From assembly GCA_041687695.1 (NCBI GenBank), contig JAWLBL010000019.1, forward strand, positions 32,001-96,000: DNA of 64,000 nt, written 5' to 3'. How positions within the stretch are numbered: position 1 is the first letter of the stretch; the number at the start of each line of letters is the position of its first letter. This document shows, one piece after another, positions 48,348 to 58,700 of the stretch. The position numbers and the translations under genes were made by a program. The notes beneath the pieces were generated by a model that worked only from the letters and a program-made list of their open reading frames with translations, was not told the DNA's origin and ran no database searches. Origin of the DNA: Myxococcota bacterium (GTDB lineage Bacteria; Myxococcota_A; UBA9042; PHBI01; JAWLBL01).

Positions 48348-49033
48348 GCGCCGTGGCGCTCGCGGAAGCGCCGCTCCTGCTGGCGCATGGTCTTCCAGAT
48401 GAGCTCGGTCAGCTCGTCCTTGTCGACCTTGGGCTCGCCCGCCGGCTGGGCGGGCCCGGCGGCCGCCGGCGCGGGCGCGGTCATCCGCTCGACCTCGGGC
48501 GCGGGCTCCTCGCGGGCCTCGCGCGCGAACTCGCGCTCGACCTCCTGCGCGAAGCGCTCGCGGTCGCTGGTCGCGCCGCCCGAGCGCGCCGACAGGGCGA
48601 AGCCCGTCGCCGCGTCCCGCGTATGGGCGACCTCGTGGGCGAGCAGGGCGGCGCCGCCCGGCGAGTTCGGATCGTACTCGCGTTCGTCGACGAAGATGTC
48701 CTGGTCGCCGATGGCGAAGGCGCGCGCGTCCATGGCGCGGGCCGCGGCGGTCGCCATCGCGCCGCGGTGGACGCGCACGTTCGACACGTCACCCAGCAGC
48801 GGCGTCAGGCGCTGGGCGATGCGCGGGTCGAGCGAGCTGGGCAGGCTGTCGGACAGCAGGCGCTTGCCGTGTCCGAGGTAGCGCTCGAGGATGCGATCCT
48901 GCAGCCCCGGCTCCTCGACGCGCGCGGCCAGCTGCTCGAAGGCCGCGACCTGCTCGCGGTCTTCGGGGCGCTCGTCCTCCGCGAGCTGCTCCAAGCCTTC
49001 GTCGATGAGCTCTCTGTCGTCCTGGCCGGCCAT
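48344..49033 (-). CDS. DUF4157 (eCIS core) domain protein
   Basis: DVSNVRVH, ARAMDARAFAIGDQDIFV and LLAHEVAHT motifs; GGAG SD. Confidence 0.8.
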   Translation of the reverse strand: MAGQDDRELIDEGLEQLAEDERPEDREQVAAFEQLAARVEEPGLQDRILERYLGHGKRLLSDSLPSSLDPRIAQRLTPLLGDVSNVRVHRGAMATAAARAMDARAFAIGDQDIFVDEREYDPNSPGGAALLAHEVAHTRDAATGFALSARSGGATSDRERFAQEVEREFAREAREEPAPEVERMTAPAPAAAGPAQPAGEPKVDKDELTELIWKTMRQQERRFRERHGA

Positions 49034-49167
49034 GCTCGTCTCCGCAAATCGGTCGGCGCGCCCTGGGCGAACCAGGCGGCGCGCGCTGGCAGATCACCCC
49101 CAGCGAACCCGAGACGGTGCCAGCATAGCGGGCCCGCCGTCGGATGCAAAGCCCCCATCCGCGCCGC

Positions 49168-50379
49168 TCAGGGGACGACCTCGAAGACCACGCCGTCCAC
49201 CGTGAGGCCGCCGGCCGCCCCCGCGACCGTGTGCGTGCTGCGCCGGCCCTGCTCGACGCTCACGTCGGGCGACAGGGGGTCGTCGCCGGGGATCTCGGTG
49301 GTCTGTCGGAAGTCGATGTGCAGCCGGCCGTCCTCGTGGAGCATGTAGCGGCCCGTGCGCTTGACGCGCTTGCCGGCGTCCTCGACCCGCTCCCAGGTGA
49401 AAAAGCCCGTCCCCTTGAGCTGCAGCTCCTCGATGGCGCCCTCGACGCGCGCCCGCAGCCGCGGACCCACGAAGGCCTGCAGGCTCGGCGCGCCCCCCTC
49501 ACCGGGTCCGGCGGCCTCGGCCGACGCGGGCGCCAGGACGGCCACGACGGGGCGGTCGCCTTCGAGCTGGGCGTGCTCGCGGCTGCTGGCCGCCCCGAGG
49601 GCCTCGCGCGCCTGCTCGGCCAGGGCTCGGGCCCCCTCGACGTCGGCCCGGTACAAGACGACCGTGCCTTCGACCGCGTCCGGCCACACCGTGCCGAGGG
49701 TCGCGGGAATCCGGGCCTCGCGCAGCGCCGCGATGCGCGCCAGGGCGGCGTTGCGGTCGACCCCAGCCGAGGCCCACGAGACCGTGACGGGCAGATAGCC
49801 GGTGAGGCGGCGGAAGGCGTCGCTGCCGGCCAGGCCGTCGAAGTCCGGGTCCAGGCGCGCGGCGGACAGCCGGGCGACGCTCGCCTCGGTCTCGAGGCTG
49901 GCCAGATCCGACAGGCGCGCGATGGCGCCCTCGGCGTCGCCGAGCAGGGCGAGCGCGCCGGCGAGGCCGTAGTTGGCCTCGGGCGAGCCGGGCCACGCGG
50001 CCAGGGCCCGCTCGTACTCGGCCACCGACGCGCGGACGTCGAGCTTGCGGTGGAGCCTGCGGGCGGCCGCGGTGGCGACGGTGGCCGCCTCGGCGGCCTC
50101 GGGCGAGGGCGCCTCGCGGAGCCGCGCCAGGCGCGCCTCTTCGGGCGACACGGAGGTGGCGTCGCCGACGTCGAGTCCAGCCGCGACCGACGTGTCCGCT
50201 TCGGCCGAGGCGTCGGGCGCGTCGAGCGGACCGGCGTGGAGGGGGCCGTCGGTCGGGCCGACCACGGGAGAGGCCGGCGGGCGGCGCTGCGGCTCGCTGT
50301 CGGGCTTACAGCCGGCGAGCGCCATCAGGGCCGCGGCGGCGAGGGCGAGGAGGCGGGTGGGCGGGGCCGTCGATTTCAT
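49168..50379 (-). CDS. Lipoprotein with TPR-like region, hypothetical
   Basis: MKSTAPPTRLLALAAAALMALAGC lipobox; YERALAAWPGSPEANYGLAGALA; ARLDPDFDGL. Confidence 0.7.
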   Translation of the reverse strand: MKSTAPPTRLLALAAAALMALAGCKPDSEPQRRPPASPVVGPTDGPLHAGPLDAPDASAEADTSVAAGLDVGDATSVSPEEARLARLREAPSPEAAEAATVATAAARRLHRKLDVRASVAEYERALAAWPGSPEANYGLAGALALLGDAEGAIARLSDLASLETEASVARLSAARLDPDFDGLAGSDAFRRLTGYLPVTVSWASAGVDRNAALARIAALREARIPATLGTVWPDAVEGTVVLYRADVEGARALAEQAREALGAASSREHAQLEGDRPVVAVLAPASAEAAGPGEGGAPSLQAFVGPRLRARVEGAIEELQLKGTGFFTWERVEDAGKRVKRTGRYMLHEDGRLHIDFRQTTEIPGDDPLSPDVSVEQGRRSTHTVAGAAGGLTVDGVVFEVVP

Positions 50380-50698
50380 GGCGCCCTGTATAGTGGTGGG
50401 AGTGCCGCCCCGTCCACCCGGGGGCGCTGCGCAACGGGGCGGTCGCGCAGGTGGGAATGGATCGTCCGAGCCGCGCGCTTGTGCCCCGGTCGCGGACCCG
50501 CTCGGACCAGGGGGCGCGCGTCGCCCGACCCGCGTGAGAGCGCATGGAGCGCCAGCGTCGAGCCTGCCGCGCCTCCTCGGCGGCGGGAAGGCGGCGCCGC
50601 CGGCAAGATTGACACGATGGGCCCGCTCCTCTACTGATAGCGGCCGACGGAGTCCAATGATGGGGAACCCATCCGCTGTGAAAGGACGACACCACCTC

Positions 50699-51637
50699 AT
50701 GACGCCCAGCATGCCCTCGAGGCGCGGCGGTCGCGCGGTCCGCGCGATGGCGTTCACGCTGGTGGCCGTGACCTCGCTGGCGTTCGGCGCCACCGGCGCG
50801 CGCGCGGCCGATACGCCCCAGGATCAGTTCCAGCTCGGCAACGAGTACTTCAACGCCAAGCTGTACGACAACGCGGTCGAGGCCTACGAGAAGGCCGTCG
50901 AGCTCAAGCCCGACTACAAGGAAGCCTGGTACAACCTGGGCATCGCGTACGCCAAGCAGCGCAAGTACAAGCGCGAGATCACGGCGTATCGCAAGGCCAT
51001 CGAGGTCGACCCGCGCTACGCCAAGGCGCTGTACAACCTGGCGGTGGCCTACGAGGACCTCGGCCAGTTCGAGGACGCGCTCGACACCTACAAGCGCGTC
51101 GTCGAGGTCAGCCCCGAGGCGGCCGACGCCCTCGTGAACATGGGCATCCTGCAGGCGCGCACCGGGGATCTCGACGCCGCCATCGCCTCCTACAAGAAGG
51201 CGCTCGACAAGGACGCCGAGATGGCGGACGCCTGGTTCAACATGGGCATCGCGTACGCCCGCCTCGGTGACAAGGCCGAGGACGAGCAGGAGCGGACCCG
51301 TCTGCTCGAGCTCGAGCAGCAGGCGTACGGCAGCGCCGTGAAGGCCGACGCGCGCTACTACAAGGGCTGGTACAACCTCGCCATCGCCTACAACAAGATG
51401 GGCAGAATCGACGAAGAGATCGGCGCCTACGAGAAGGCGCTCGAGGCGCGTCCGAACTATCCGCAGGCCTTGTACAACCTCGCGTACGCCTACGAGGATC
51501 GCAAGGACACCGCCAAGGCCATCGACGCCTGGCAGCGCTACGTCTCGGCGGCCGAGAAGCTGCCGACCGAGCAGCAGTACGTGGCCACGGCGCGCGAGGA
51601 ACTCAAGCGCCTCATCGAAGGGCGCGTCGCAAATTAA
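50699..51637 (+). CDS. Exported tetratricopeptide-repeat protein
   Basis: Signal peptide ending ARA-ADT; multiple canonical TPRs (AWYNLGIAY, ALYNLAVAY). Start uncertain (50699, 50711 or 50747). Confidence 0.85.
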   Translation: MTPSMPSRRGGRAVRAMAFTLVAVTSLAFGATGARAADTPQDQFQLGNEYFNAKLYDNAVEAYEKAVELKPDYKEAWYNLGIAYAKQRKYKREITAYRKAIEVDPRYAKALYNLAVAYEDLGQFEDALDTYKRVVEVSPEAADALVNMGILQARTGDLDAAIASYKKALDKDAEMADAWFNMGIAYARLGDKAEDEQERTRLLELEQQAYGSAVKADARYYKGWYNLAIAYNKMGRIDEEIGAYEKALEARPNYPQALYNLAYAYEDRKDTAKAIDAWQRYVSAAEKLPTEQQYVATAREELKRLIEGRVAN

Positions 51638-51682
51638 GCACGCAGGGGTAGGGCGCGGCCGAACGCGCCGGATGGGGACGAC

Positions 51683-53062
51683 ATGAGCACGTCGAGGTGC
51701 TTCGCGCTCTGGCTCGCTGGGGCCGCGCTACTGGTGCCCTCCGTCGCCACGGCGGCCGACCGCTTCGTGCTCCTGGTCACGCAGGACCTCCCTCATCGCG
51801 ACTTCGTCCAGGCCGCCGCCCGAGAGGGCGCCGCGACCGGGGACGTGCCCGAGGCCGCCATCGTCCTGCAGAAGCTGACCAGGGCCTACCCGGCCCTGCT
51901 CGAGGGGCCGGCGCCCCGCGATCTGGCGTCGGTGATCGAGGACTTCCGGGCGGCCTCCGAGGCCCACTACGCCACCCAGCTCGACCAGGCCGAGAAGCAC
52001 TTCGCGCGCGGCTTCGGCCTTCTGTACCAGCGCCCCGACATCCTCGGGACGCAGGCCGAGGCGCTCGAGGCGATCGCCGACGCGGCCGCGCTGCGCTTCC
52101 GCAACGCGGCGGCCTCGGGCCAGGAGGCCGAGGGCCGGCGCGAGCTCGAGGCGTTCATTCGGCGCTATCCGGACGCGCTCCCGCCTCGGGCCAACCACCC
52201 GCCCGCCCACTTCGAGCTGTGGGAGGTCATCCGTCGCGCGGTCATGGCGAACGAGGGGGCGCTGACGGTGCACGCGCTGCCGCTCGAGTGGGAGCGGGCC
52301 GGCGACTGCTCGGTGTTCGTCAACGGCGCCGTCCGCGGGACGCTCCCCCAGGCGGGGCGGCTGCGCCTGCCGGCCGGTCCGCACCTCGTGCAGGTGCGTT
52401 GCGGCGCGCGCGTCGGCTGGCTGCAGCGGGTCGAGGTCGGCGCTCGGCCGGTCACGATCACGGTCCCGGTCCGCGCCCAGCTCGCGGCGCAGGTCGATCC
52501 GGGCACCGGCGTCGTCACGCTGGTGCGCCCCTCCGAGGGCGACGCCGCGCAGCTGGTCGAGTCCATCAGCGCCAGCGCGGGGTTCCAGGGCGCCAACGTC
52601 GTGCGCACGGCGATCGGGCGCGCGCTCATCGGCACGTGGACCCCGGGCGCGGACAGCCCCAGCGACCGGCGCCAGGGTGAGCTCGTCTCGCAGGGCTCCG
52701 ACGCGCGGCCCTCGGGCATCGTGCGCGTCACCTCGGTGATGGCCAGCCACGACGCGTCGGCCCCGTCGCGCACCTGGACCTGGGTCAGCGGCGGCACCGG
52801 CCTCGCCCTGGTGGCGGGCGGCCTGGTCACCCAGCTGTACCGCGAGGGCACCATCGAGGATCGCGGCGGCGCGGCCAACCTGACCGAGAACGATCGCGCC
52901 GTGGCAAGCGACCTCGAGACGCTGTCGACGGGACTGTACGTGGGCGGCGGGCTGCTGGTCGGCGCCGCCATCGTCCTGTACTTCGTCGAGGGCGCCCAGC
53001 CCAGCCCGGACGCCGCGACGGTGCGTGGGCCGGGGCAGGTCGAGCTGACCTGGCGCTTCTGA
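51683..53062 (+). CDS. Exported hypothetical protein with PEGA-like domain and C-terminal hydrophobic segments
   Basis: Signal peptide; SVFVNGAVRGTLP...LPAGPHLVQV; ends VELTWRF. Confidence 0.65.
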   Translation: MSTSRCFALWLAGAALLVPSVATAADRFVLLVTQDLPHRDFVQAAAREGAATGDVPEAAIVLQKLTRAYPALLEGPAPRDLASVIEDFRAASEAHYATQLDQAEKHFARGFGLLYQRPDILGTQAEALEAIADAAALRFRNAAASGQEAEGRRELEAFIRRYPDALPPRANHPPAHFELWEVIRRAVMANEGALTVHALPLEWERAGDCSVFVNGAVRGTLPQAGRLRLPAGPHLVQVRCGARVGWLQRVEVGARPVTITVPVRAQLAAQVDPGTGVVTLVRPSEGDAAQLVESISASAGFQGANVVRTAIGRALIGTWTPGADSPSDRRQGELVSQGSDARPSGIVRVTSVMASHDASAPSRTWTWVSGGTGLALVAGGLVTQLYREGTIEDRGGAANLTENDRAVASDLETLSTGLYVGGGLLVGAAIVLYFVEGAQPSPDAATVRGPGQVELTWRF

Positions 53063-53269
53063 GCGACGCGGGGCTCGGCGGCGGCGCGTCTCATGCGAAG
53101 GGCGGCGCCAAGCGCTTGCCGCTGAGGCCGCAGTTTGTCTAACATGCGCCGCGAGCGACGCGCGCACGTGATCTGACCTGAACACGAGCCACGCGCGCTC
53201 TATTCTCACGAACTCACCCAACCCCCATACCCAACGTTCGGCGGGCCGACCCGGCCCAGGAGGTGTCCT

Positions 53270-53794
53270 ACGAAAGGCCAGCAGCGCGCAGCGGGTCCGG
53301 CCCCTGCCAAGCATCGCGTCAATCGGGAGATTCGCATCCCGACGATCCGTGTCATCGGTGCCGATGGCGAGCAGCTCGGGATCATGAACCCCGACGACGC
53401 TCGGCGGATCGCCATGGAGCAGGGCCTCGATCTGGTCGAGGTCGCGCCCGACGCCAGACCGCCCGTCTGCAAGATCATGGACTACGGGAAGTTCCGCTAC
53501 GAGCAGTCGAAGCGGTCCAAGCCCCAGAAGACCGCCAAGACGAAGACCATCAAGCTTCGTCCCAAGACGGACGACCACGATCTCGAGACGAAGTTCAACA
53601 TGGCGCGCAAGTTCCTCGCGGACGGCGACCGGGTGAAGTTCGTCATGCGCCTTCGCGGTCGCGAGAACGCCTACATCGAACGGTGGTGCGAGGCCCTCGA
53701 GAAGGATCTCGCCGCGCTGAACGACGCAGGGCTGCTCTCGCAGAGGCCGCACCAGGAGGGCCGCGCCATCGTGGCGCAGTACGATCCGAAGTAG
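53270..53794 (+). CDS. infC: Translation initiation factor IF-3, probable non-canonical ACG start
   Basis: HRVNREIRIPTIRVIG, GLDLVEVAPDARPPVCKIMDYGKFRY, KLRP and RLRGRE. Perfect SD AGGAGGT (53258-53264) lies 5 nt before an in-frame ACG at 53270. Confidence 0.9.
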   Translation, partial: TKGQQRAAGPAPAKHRVNREIRIPTIRVIGADGEQLGIMNPDDARRIAMEQGLDLVEVAPDARPPVCKIMDYGKFRYEQSKRSKPQKTAKTKTIKLRPKTDDHDLETKFNMARKFLADGDRVKFVMRLRGRENAYIERWCEALEKDLAALNDAGLLSQRPHQEGRAIVAQYDPK

Positions 53795-53988
53795 CGCCTT
53801 CGGTCGTGCGCCCCACGTGTTCGCGCGCCGCGCGGCCGCGCGCCTTGCCTGGGCGCGGCCAGTGCGAGGGGGCGAGTAGGGGAGAGCGAGGCCCGCGACC
53901 GAGTTCGGTGCGGGCCTTCGACCGACCTCGACCGGCCCTGGCGCGATCGCGTCGTGTTCCAGCGCGGGCCGTCAGTCCCCGCGCGTGA

Positions 53989-55338
53989 TCAGCCCGCCTC
54001 GGAGCGAGGACCACGTCCGCGTCGCGGCCCCCTCCGGCGCCGGCCACCGCGCGGCCGGCCTCCGCCATCCTCTCCGTCGGGGCCGCCTTCGTCGGGCGGG
54101 GGCGGGCTCGGGTCGTCGGTGACGCTCTGCTCGGTCCGTGGCTCGAAGGGCGCGGCCCACACGCCGTGCGCCAGGGCCGCGTCGGCCCAGCGCTCGTAGG
54201 TCTCGCGGTGCTCGCCGGTCCGGACGTAGCCCTGGCGCAACAGCGCCAACGCGAGCGGCAACGACGGGGACATCAGCATCGGACGGGTCGCGCGGAAGCG
54301 GCGCGGCGGGTGCAGCAGGCGGCGCATCAGGCCGGCGACCCCGCGCAGGCGCTGGCGCTGCCGCAGCGGGATCGCCATGCGCGCCGCGAGGGACGCGGTC
54401 AGCTCGGTGGCGATGTCGGCCCAGTCGCCCGTCTCGGGGTGCTCGAGCTGCGCGATCGCGTGCTGGACCAGGGGCCAGGTGAGCAGCGTGTAGACGCTCT
54501 CGCGGGGCAGCGTGCCGTGGGCCGCGGTCAGACGGTCCAGATCGCTCAGCCCGTCGAGCCATGGCGCCACCAGCTCGGGCGCGCGCGACAGGTGCGTCTG
54601 GATCTCGGGCAGGAGCGTCTCGAGGAGGCCGAGCTCCATCATGATCTCGAAGCCGCGTCGGGCGCAGCCGGACTCGGCGATGCGGAAGATCTCCTCGGTC
54701 ACTCGGGCGACCGGGCACTGGTGCACCAGCTCGACGAGGCTGCGCGAGGCGAGCGCGACGGGGGGATCGAGTTCGAAGCCGAGCCGGGCCGCGAACTTGA
54801 TGGCGCGCAGGATGCGGACCGGGTCCTCCCGGAAGCGCTGGTCCGCCGCTCCGATGGTGCGGATGCGCCGGCGATCGATGTCCGCGCGCCCGGCGACGTA
54901 GTCGATGATCTCGTCGCGCATGGGATCGTAGAAGAGCGCGTTGATCGTGAAGTCGCGGCTGTGCGCGTCCTCCTCGGGCGTGCCGAAGGTGTTGGCGCGC
55001 ACGACGAAGCCGGAGTCCCCCTCGGACTCCTGCTCCTCGGGCGCGCCGCGGAAGGTCGCCACCTCGAGGATCTTGGGCCCGCTGCGGACGTGCGCGAGGC
55101 GGAAGCGACGCCCGATGATGCGGCAGCGGCGGCCGAACAGCTCCTTGAGCTCGTCCGGGCTCGCGTCCGTGGCGATGTCGAAGTCCTTGGGCGTGCGGGC
55201 GAGCAGGAGATCCCTGACGCAGCCGCCCACGAGGTAGGTGGTGTAGCCCGAGCGTTGGAGGCGCTCCACGACCTCGATGGCGTCCCTGTCGAGGTGCTCG
55301 CGCGGAAACAGCATCTTGGCGGATCCTGGGTCGGTCAT
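53989..55338 (-). CDS. pcnB: Poly(A) polymerase I
   Basis: [22 protein letters not shown] signature [30 protein letters not shown]; Arg-rich tail. Confidence 0.92.
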   Translation of the reverse strand: MTDPGSAKMLFPREHLDRDAIEVVERLQRSGYTTYLVGGCVRDLLLARTPKDFDIATDASPDELKELFGRRCRIIGRRFRLAHVRSGPKILEVATFRGAPEEQESEGDSGFVVRANTFGTPEEDAHSRDFTINALFYDPMRDEIIDYVAGRADIDRRRIRTIGAADQRFREDPVRILRAIKFAARLGFELDPPVALASRSLVELVHQCPVARVTEEIFRIAESGCARRGFEIMMELGLLETLLPEIQTHLSRAPELVAPWLDGLSDLDRLTAAHGTLPRESVYTLLTWPLVQHAIAQLEHPETGDWADIATELTASLAARMAIPLRQRQRLRGVAGLMRRLLHPPRRFRATRPMLMSPSLPLALALLRQGYVRTGEHRETYERWADAALAHGVWAAPFEPRTEQSVTDDPSPPPPDEGGPDGEDGGGRPRGGRRRRGPRRGRGPRSEAG

Positions 55339-55389
55339 TGGCGGCGGCGGAGCATAGCAGGCCGCGCGCCCGACGGGAACGGTCCCGAT

Positions 55390-55578
55390 GGCCGTGGCGG
55401 AGACCGAGGCCGAGGGCCGTGGCGGTGGCGGAGGCCGGGGCCGTGTCCGAGGCCGAGGCCGTGGCGGTGGCGGAGGCCGTGGCCGTGTCGGAGGCCGTGG
55501 CGGTGACGGAGGCCGTGGCGGTGGCGGAGACCGTGGCCGGGTCGGAGGCCGAGGCCTTGGCGGAGGCCGAGGCCGGAG
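55390..55578. repeat. Intergenic degenerate tandem repeat, 18-bp unit GGCCGTGGCGGTGGCGGA built of hexamers
   Basis: Units at 55415, 55433, 55457, 55475, 55493, 55511 and 55529 plus partial units. Confidence 0.8.
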
Positions 55579-55700
55579 CGCGATCGGGTGAGCGGCAGGG
55601 CCAGAGCCGGCCGCGGTGGATTCCTCGGCCTCGCTTCCGCTATAAGGTGGCGGGTTCGCCGGCCTTGGGAAGGGACCGGTGTGTCCAGGAAGGGGGAATC

Positions 55701-58700
55701 ATGCGGACTCGCCAGCTACGCCACGCGCTCGGGACCTTGCTGCTCGTCGCCTGGCCCGCGTCAGGGCTCGTCACCGGCTGCGGGACGGACGCGAACGTCG
55801 GCGGGGACTCCGACGCGAAGGCCACGCTCGACGCGCAGGTCGATGGGGCCGACGGGGCGGGGGACGCCCGAGCGGACGGGACGGCGACAGACGGCCAGGG
55901 CGACGGCGAGGACGCGACGCCGGGCTTCGTGTGCGAGGCCGCGGGCGAGTTCGGCTGCGAGTGCGCCAGCGACGCCGACTGCATCGACGGGTACTGCCAG
56001 CCGATGGCGGGCGGCTATCGGTGCAGCAAGACCTGCCAGGAGACGTGCCCCAACGGGCTGACCTGCGCGCTCGTCACCAAGAGCGGCCAGTCCGTCTACC
56101 TGTGCGTCGACGTCGGGGCGTGGCTGTGCTCGCCGTGCGAGACGTCCGCCGAGTGCGTGGTCGAGGGCGCGCCGCAGGGGGCGAGCTGCGTCATGGGGCC
56201 GGGCGGCGGCTTCTGCGGCGTCGCGTGCGAGAGCGGCAAGTGCCCGAGCGGCTATCAGTGCGCGCAGCCGGCGGGGCTCGATCAGCCGCAGTGCGTGCCC
56301 GCGAACGGCGAGTGCGGCTGCTCGCCGCTGGCGGTGGCGGACGCGCGGCAGACGACCTGCTCGGTGAGCAACGAACACGGCAAGTGCGAGGCGACGCGCG
56401 TGTGCGGCCCCGACGGGCTCTCGGCGTGCGCGGCGGCGACGCCCGCGGCCGAGGTCTGCGACGGCGTCGACAACGACTGCGACGGGCAGGCGGACGAGGG
56501 GCTGACCGGCGCGCCCTGCCAACGCGACAACGACTACGGGTCGTGCAAGGGGACGGCCGTGTGCGACGGGTCGGCGCTCAGCTGCGGCGCCCCCGAGCCG
56601 GCGCCCGAGGTGTGCGACGGGATCGACAACGACTGCGACGGCGAGACGGACGAGGGCGAGCTCGACACGGACCTCGACGGGGCCGCCGACTGCGTGGACC
56701 CGGACGACGACAACGACGGCGTCCCGGACGTGGCGGACAACTGCCCGACCGTGAAGAACCTCGAGCAGACCGACACCGACCTGGACGGGCAGGGGGACGC
56801 CTGCGACCCCGACATCGACGGCGACGGCGTCCCGAACGAAGCGGACTGCGACCCGCTGAACAAGAAGGCCTACCCGGGCGCCGAGGAGGTCTGCGACGGG
56901 GTGGACAACGACTGCAACGGCAAGACCGACGAAGGGTTCCCGAACGCCGACGGCGACAAGCTGGCCGACTGCGTGGACCCCGATCAGGACAACGACGGGT
57001 GGCTGAACACGCAGGACAACTGTCCGCTGCACCCGAACGTGAGCCAGTCGGACAACGACGGGGACGGTCAGGGCGACGCGTGCGATCCGGACGACGACAA
57101 CGACGGCGTGCCCGACGCGTCGGACAACTGTCAGTTCGTGAAGAACGCAGGTCAGGCGGACAACGACAAGGACGGCAAGGGCGACGCCTGCGACCCCGAC
57201 GACGACAACGACGGGCTGCCGGACGAGTCGGACAACTGCCAGTTCGTGGCGAACCCGACCCAGTCGGACGTCAACGGCGACGGCGTGGGCGACGTGTGTG
57301 ATCCCGACGCCGACAGCGACGGCGTCCCGAACGCCGAGGACAACTGCCCGCTGGTGCCCAACCCCGACCAGGAGGATCTGAACGGGGACGGCAAGGGCGA
57401 CGCCTGCACCGACGACAAGGACGGCGACGGGATCAAGGACGCCGTGGACAACTGCCCCGACGTGAAGAACACCAGCCAGACGGACACCGATCAGGATGGG
57501 CTCGGCAACGCCTGCGACCCGGACGACGACGACGACGGGATCGCCGACATCTACGACAACTGCACGGTGGTCGTGAACCCCGACCAGACCGATCAGGACG
57601 GCGACGGGCTGGGCGACGCCTGCGACGACGACATGGACGGCGACGGCGTCCCGAACGGCCAGGACAACTGCCCCAACCTGCCGAACCCGACCCAGGGCAA
57701 CGTCGACGGCGACGGGCTGGGCGACGCCTGCGACCCCGACATGGACGGCGACTCCATCCCGAACGCGATGGACAACTGCCCCAAGGCGGCGAACGCCAAC
57801 CAGCTCGACAGCGACGGGGACGGCCTCGGCAACGCCTGCGACGCGGACGACGACAACGACGGCATCCCGGACGCGAGCGACAACTGCCCGCTGGTGGCCA
57901 ACCCCTTCCAGGAGGACGTCGACGGCAACGGGGTGGGCAACGCCTGCGACAACGACATGGACGGCGACGGGGTCATCAACGTGGGTGACAACTGCCCGCT
58001 CGTCTTCAACCCGGACCAGGCGAACACGGACGGCGACGCGTTCGGCGACGCCTGCGACGCGGACGACGACAACGACGGCGTGCCGGACGTCGCGGACAAC
58101 TGCCCGACCCTCAAGAACGCGACGCAGCAGGACACGGACGGCGACGGCGTCGGCGACGTGTGCGACCCGGACATCGACGGGGACGGGGTGCCCAACGCGC
58201 AGGACAACTGCCCGACGGTCGTGAACCCCAGCCAGAGCAACGCCGACAAGGACGCGCTCGGCGACGCGTGCGACGACGACGACGACAACGACGGGCTGCA
58301 GGACGGCGTGGACAACTGCCCGACGGTGGCCAACGTCGACCAGAAGGACACGGACCTCGACGGCCTCGGCGACGCCTGCGACGGCGACGACGACAACGAC
58401 GGCGTGCTCGACGTGGTCGACAACTGCCCGAAGACGTGGAACCCGGACCAGAAGGACTCGGACAAGGACGGGCTCGGCGACGCCTGCACCACCGACAAGG
58501 ACGCCGACGGCGTCCCCGACGAGAGCGACAACTGCCCGACGGTGAAGAACCCGGCGCAGCAGGACCAGGACGGCGACGGCATCGGCGACTTCTGCGATCC
58601 CGACACCGACGGCGACGGCGTCGACAACGAGGTCGACAACTGTCCGCTCATCCCGAACGTGACCCAGATCGACACCGATGGCGATGGCCTGGGGGACGTG

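Noticed and set aside
53263..53988. GTG-started 241-aa ORF overlapping infC
   Set aside because: Wrong frame for IF-3, GTG lies inside the SD itself, and the product is low-complexity.
55390..55578. Possible CRISPR array
   Set aside because: Contiguous degenerate 18-bp units with no unique spacers and no cas genes.
55338..55700. N-terminal extension of the TSP3 protein (AVAVAE repeats) in the ORF track
   Set aside because: The SD, signal peptide and lipobox all fit ATG 55701; the extension just reads through the intergenic repeat.
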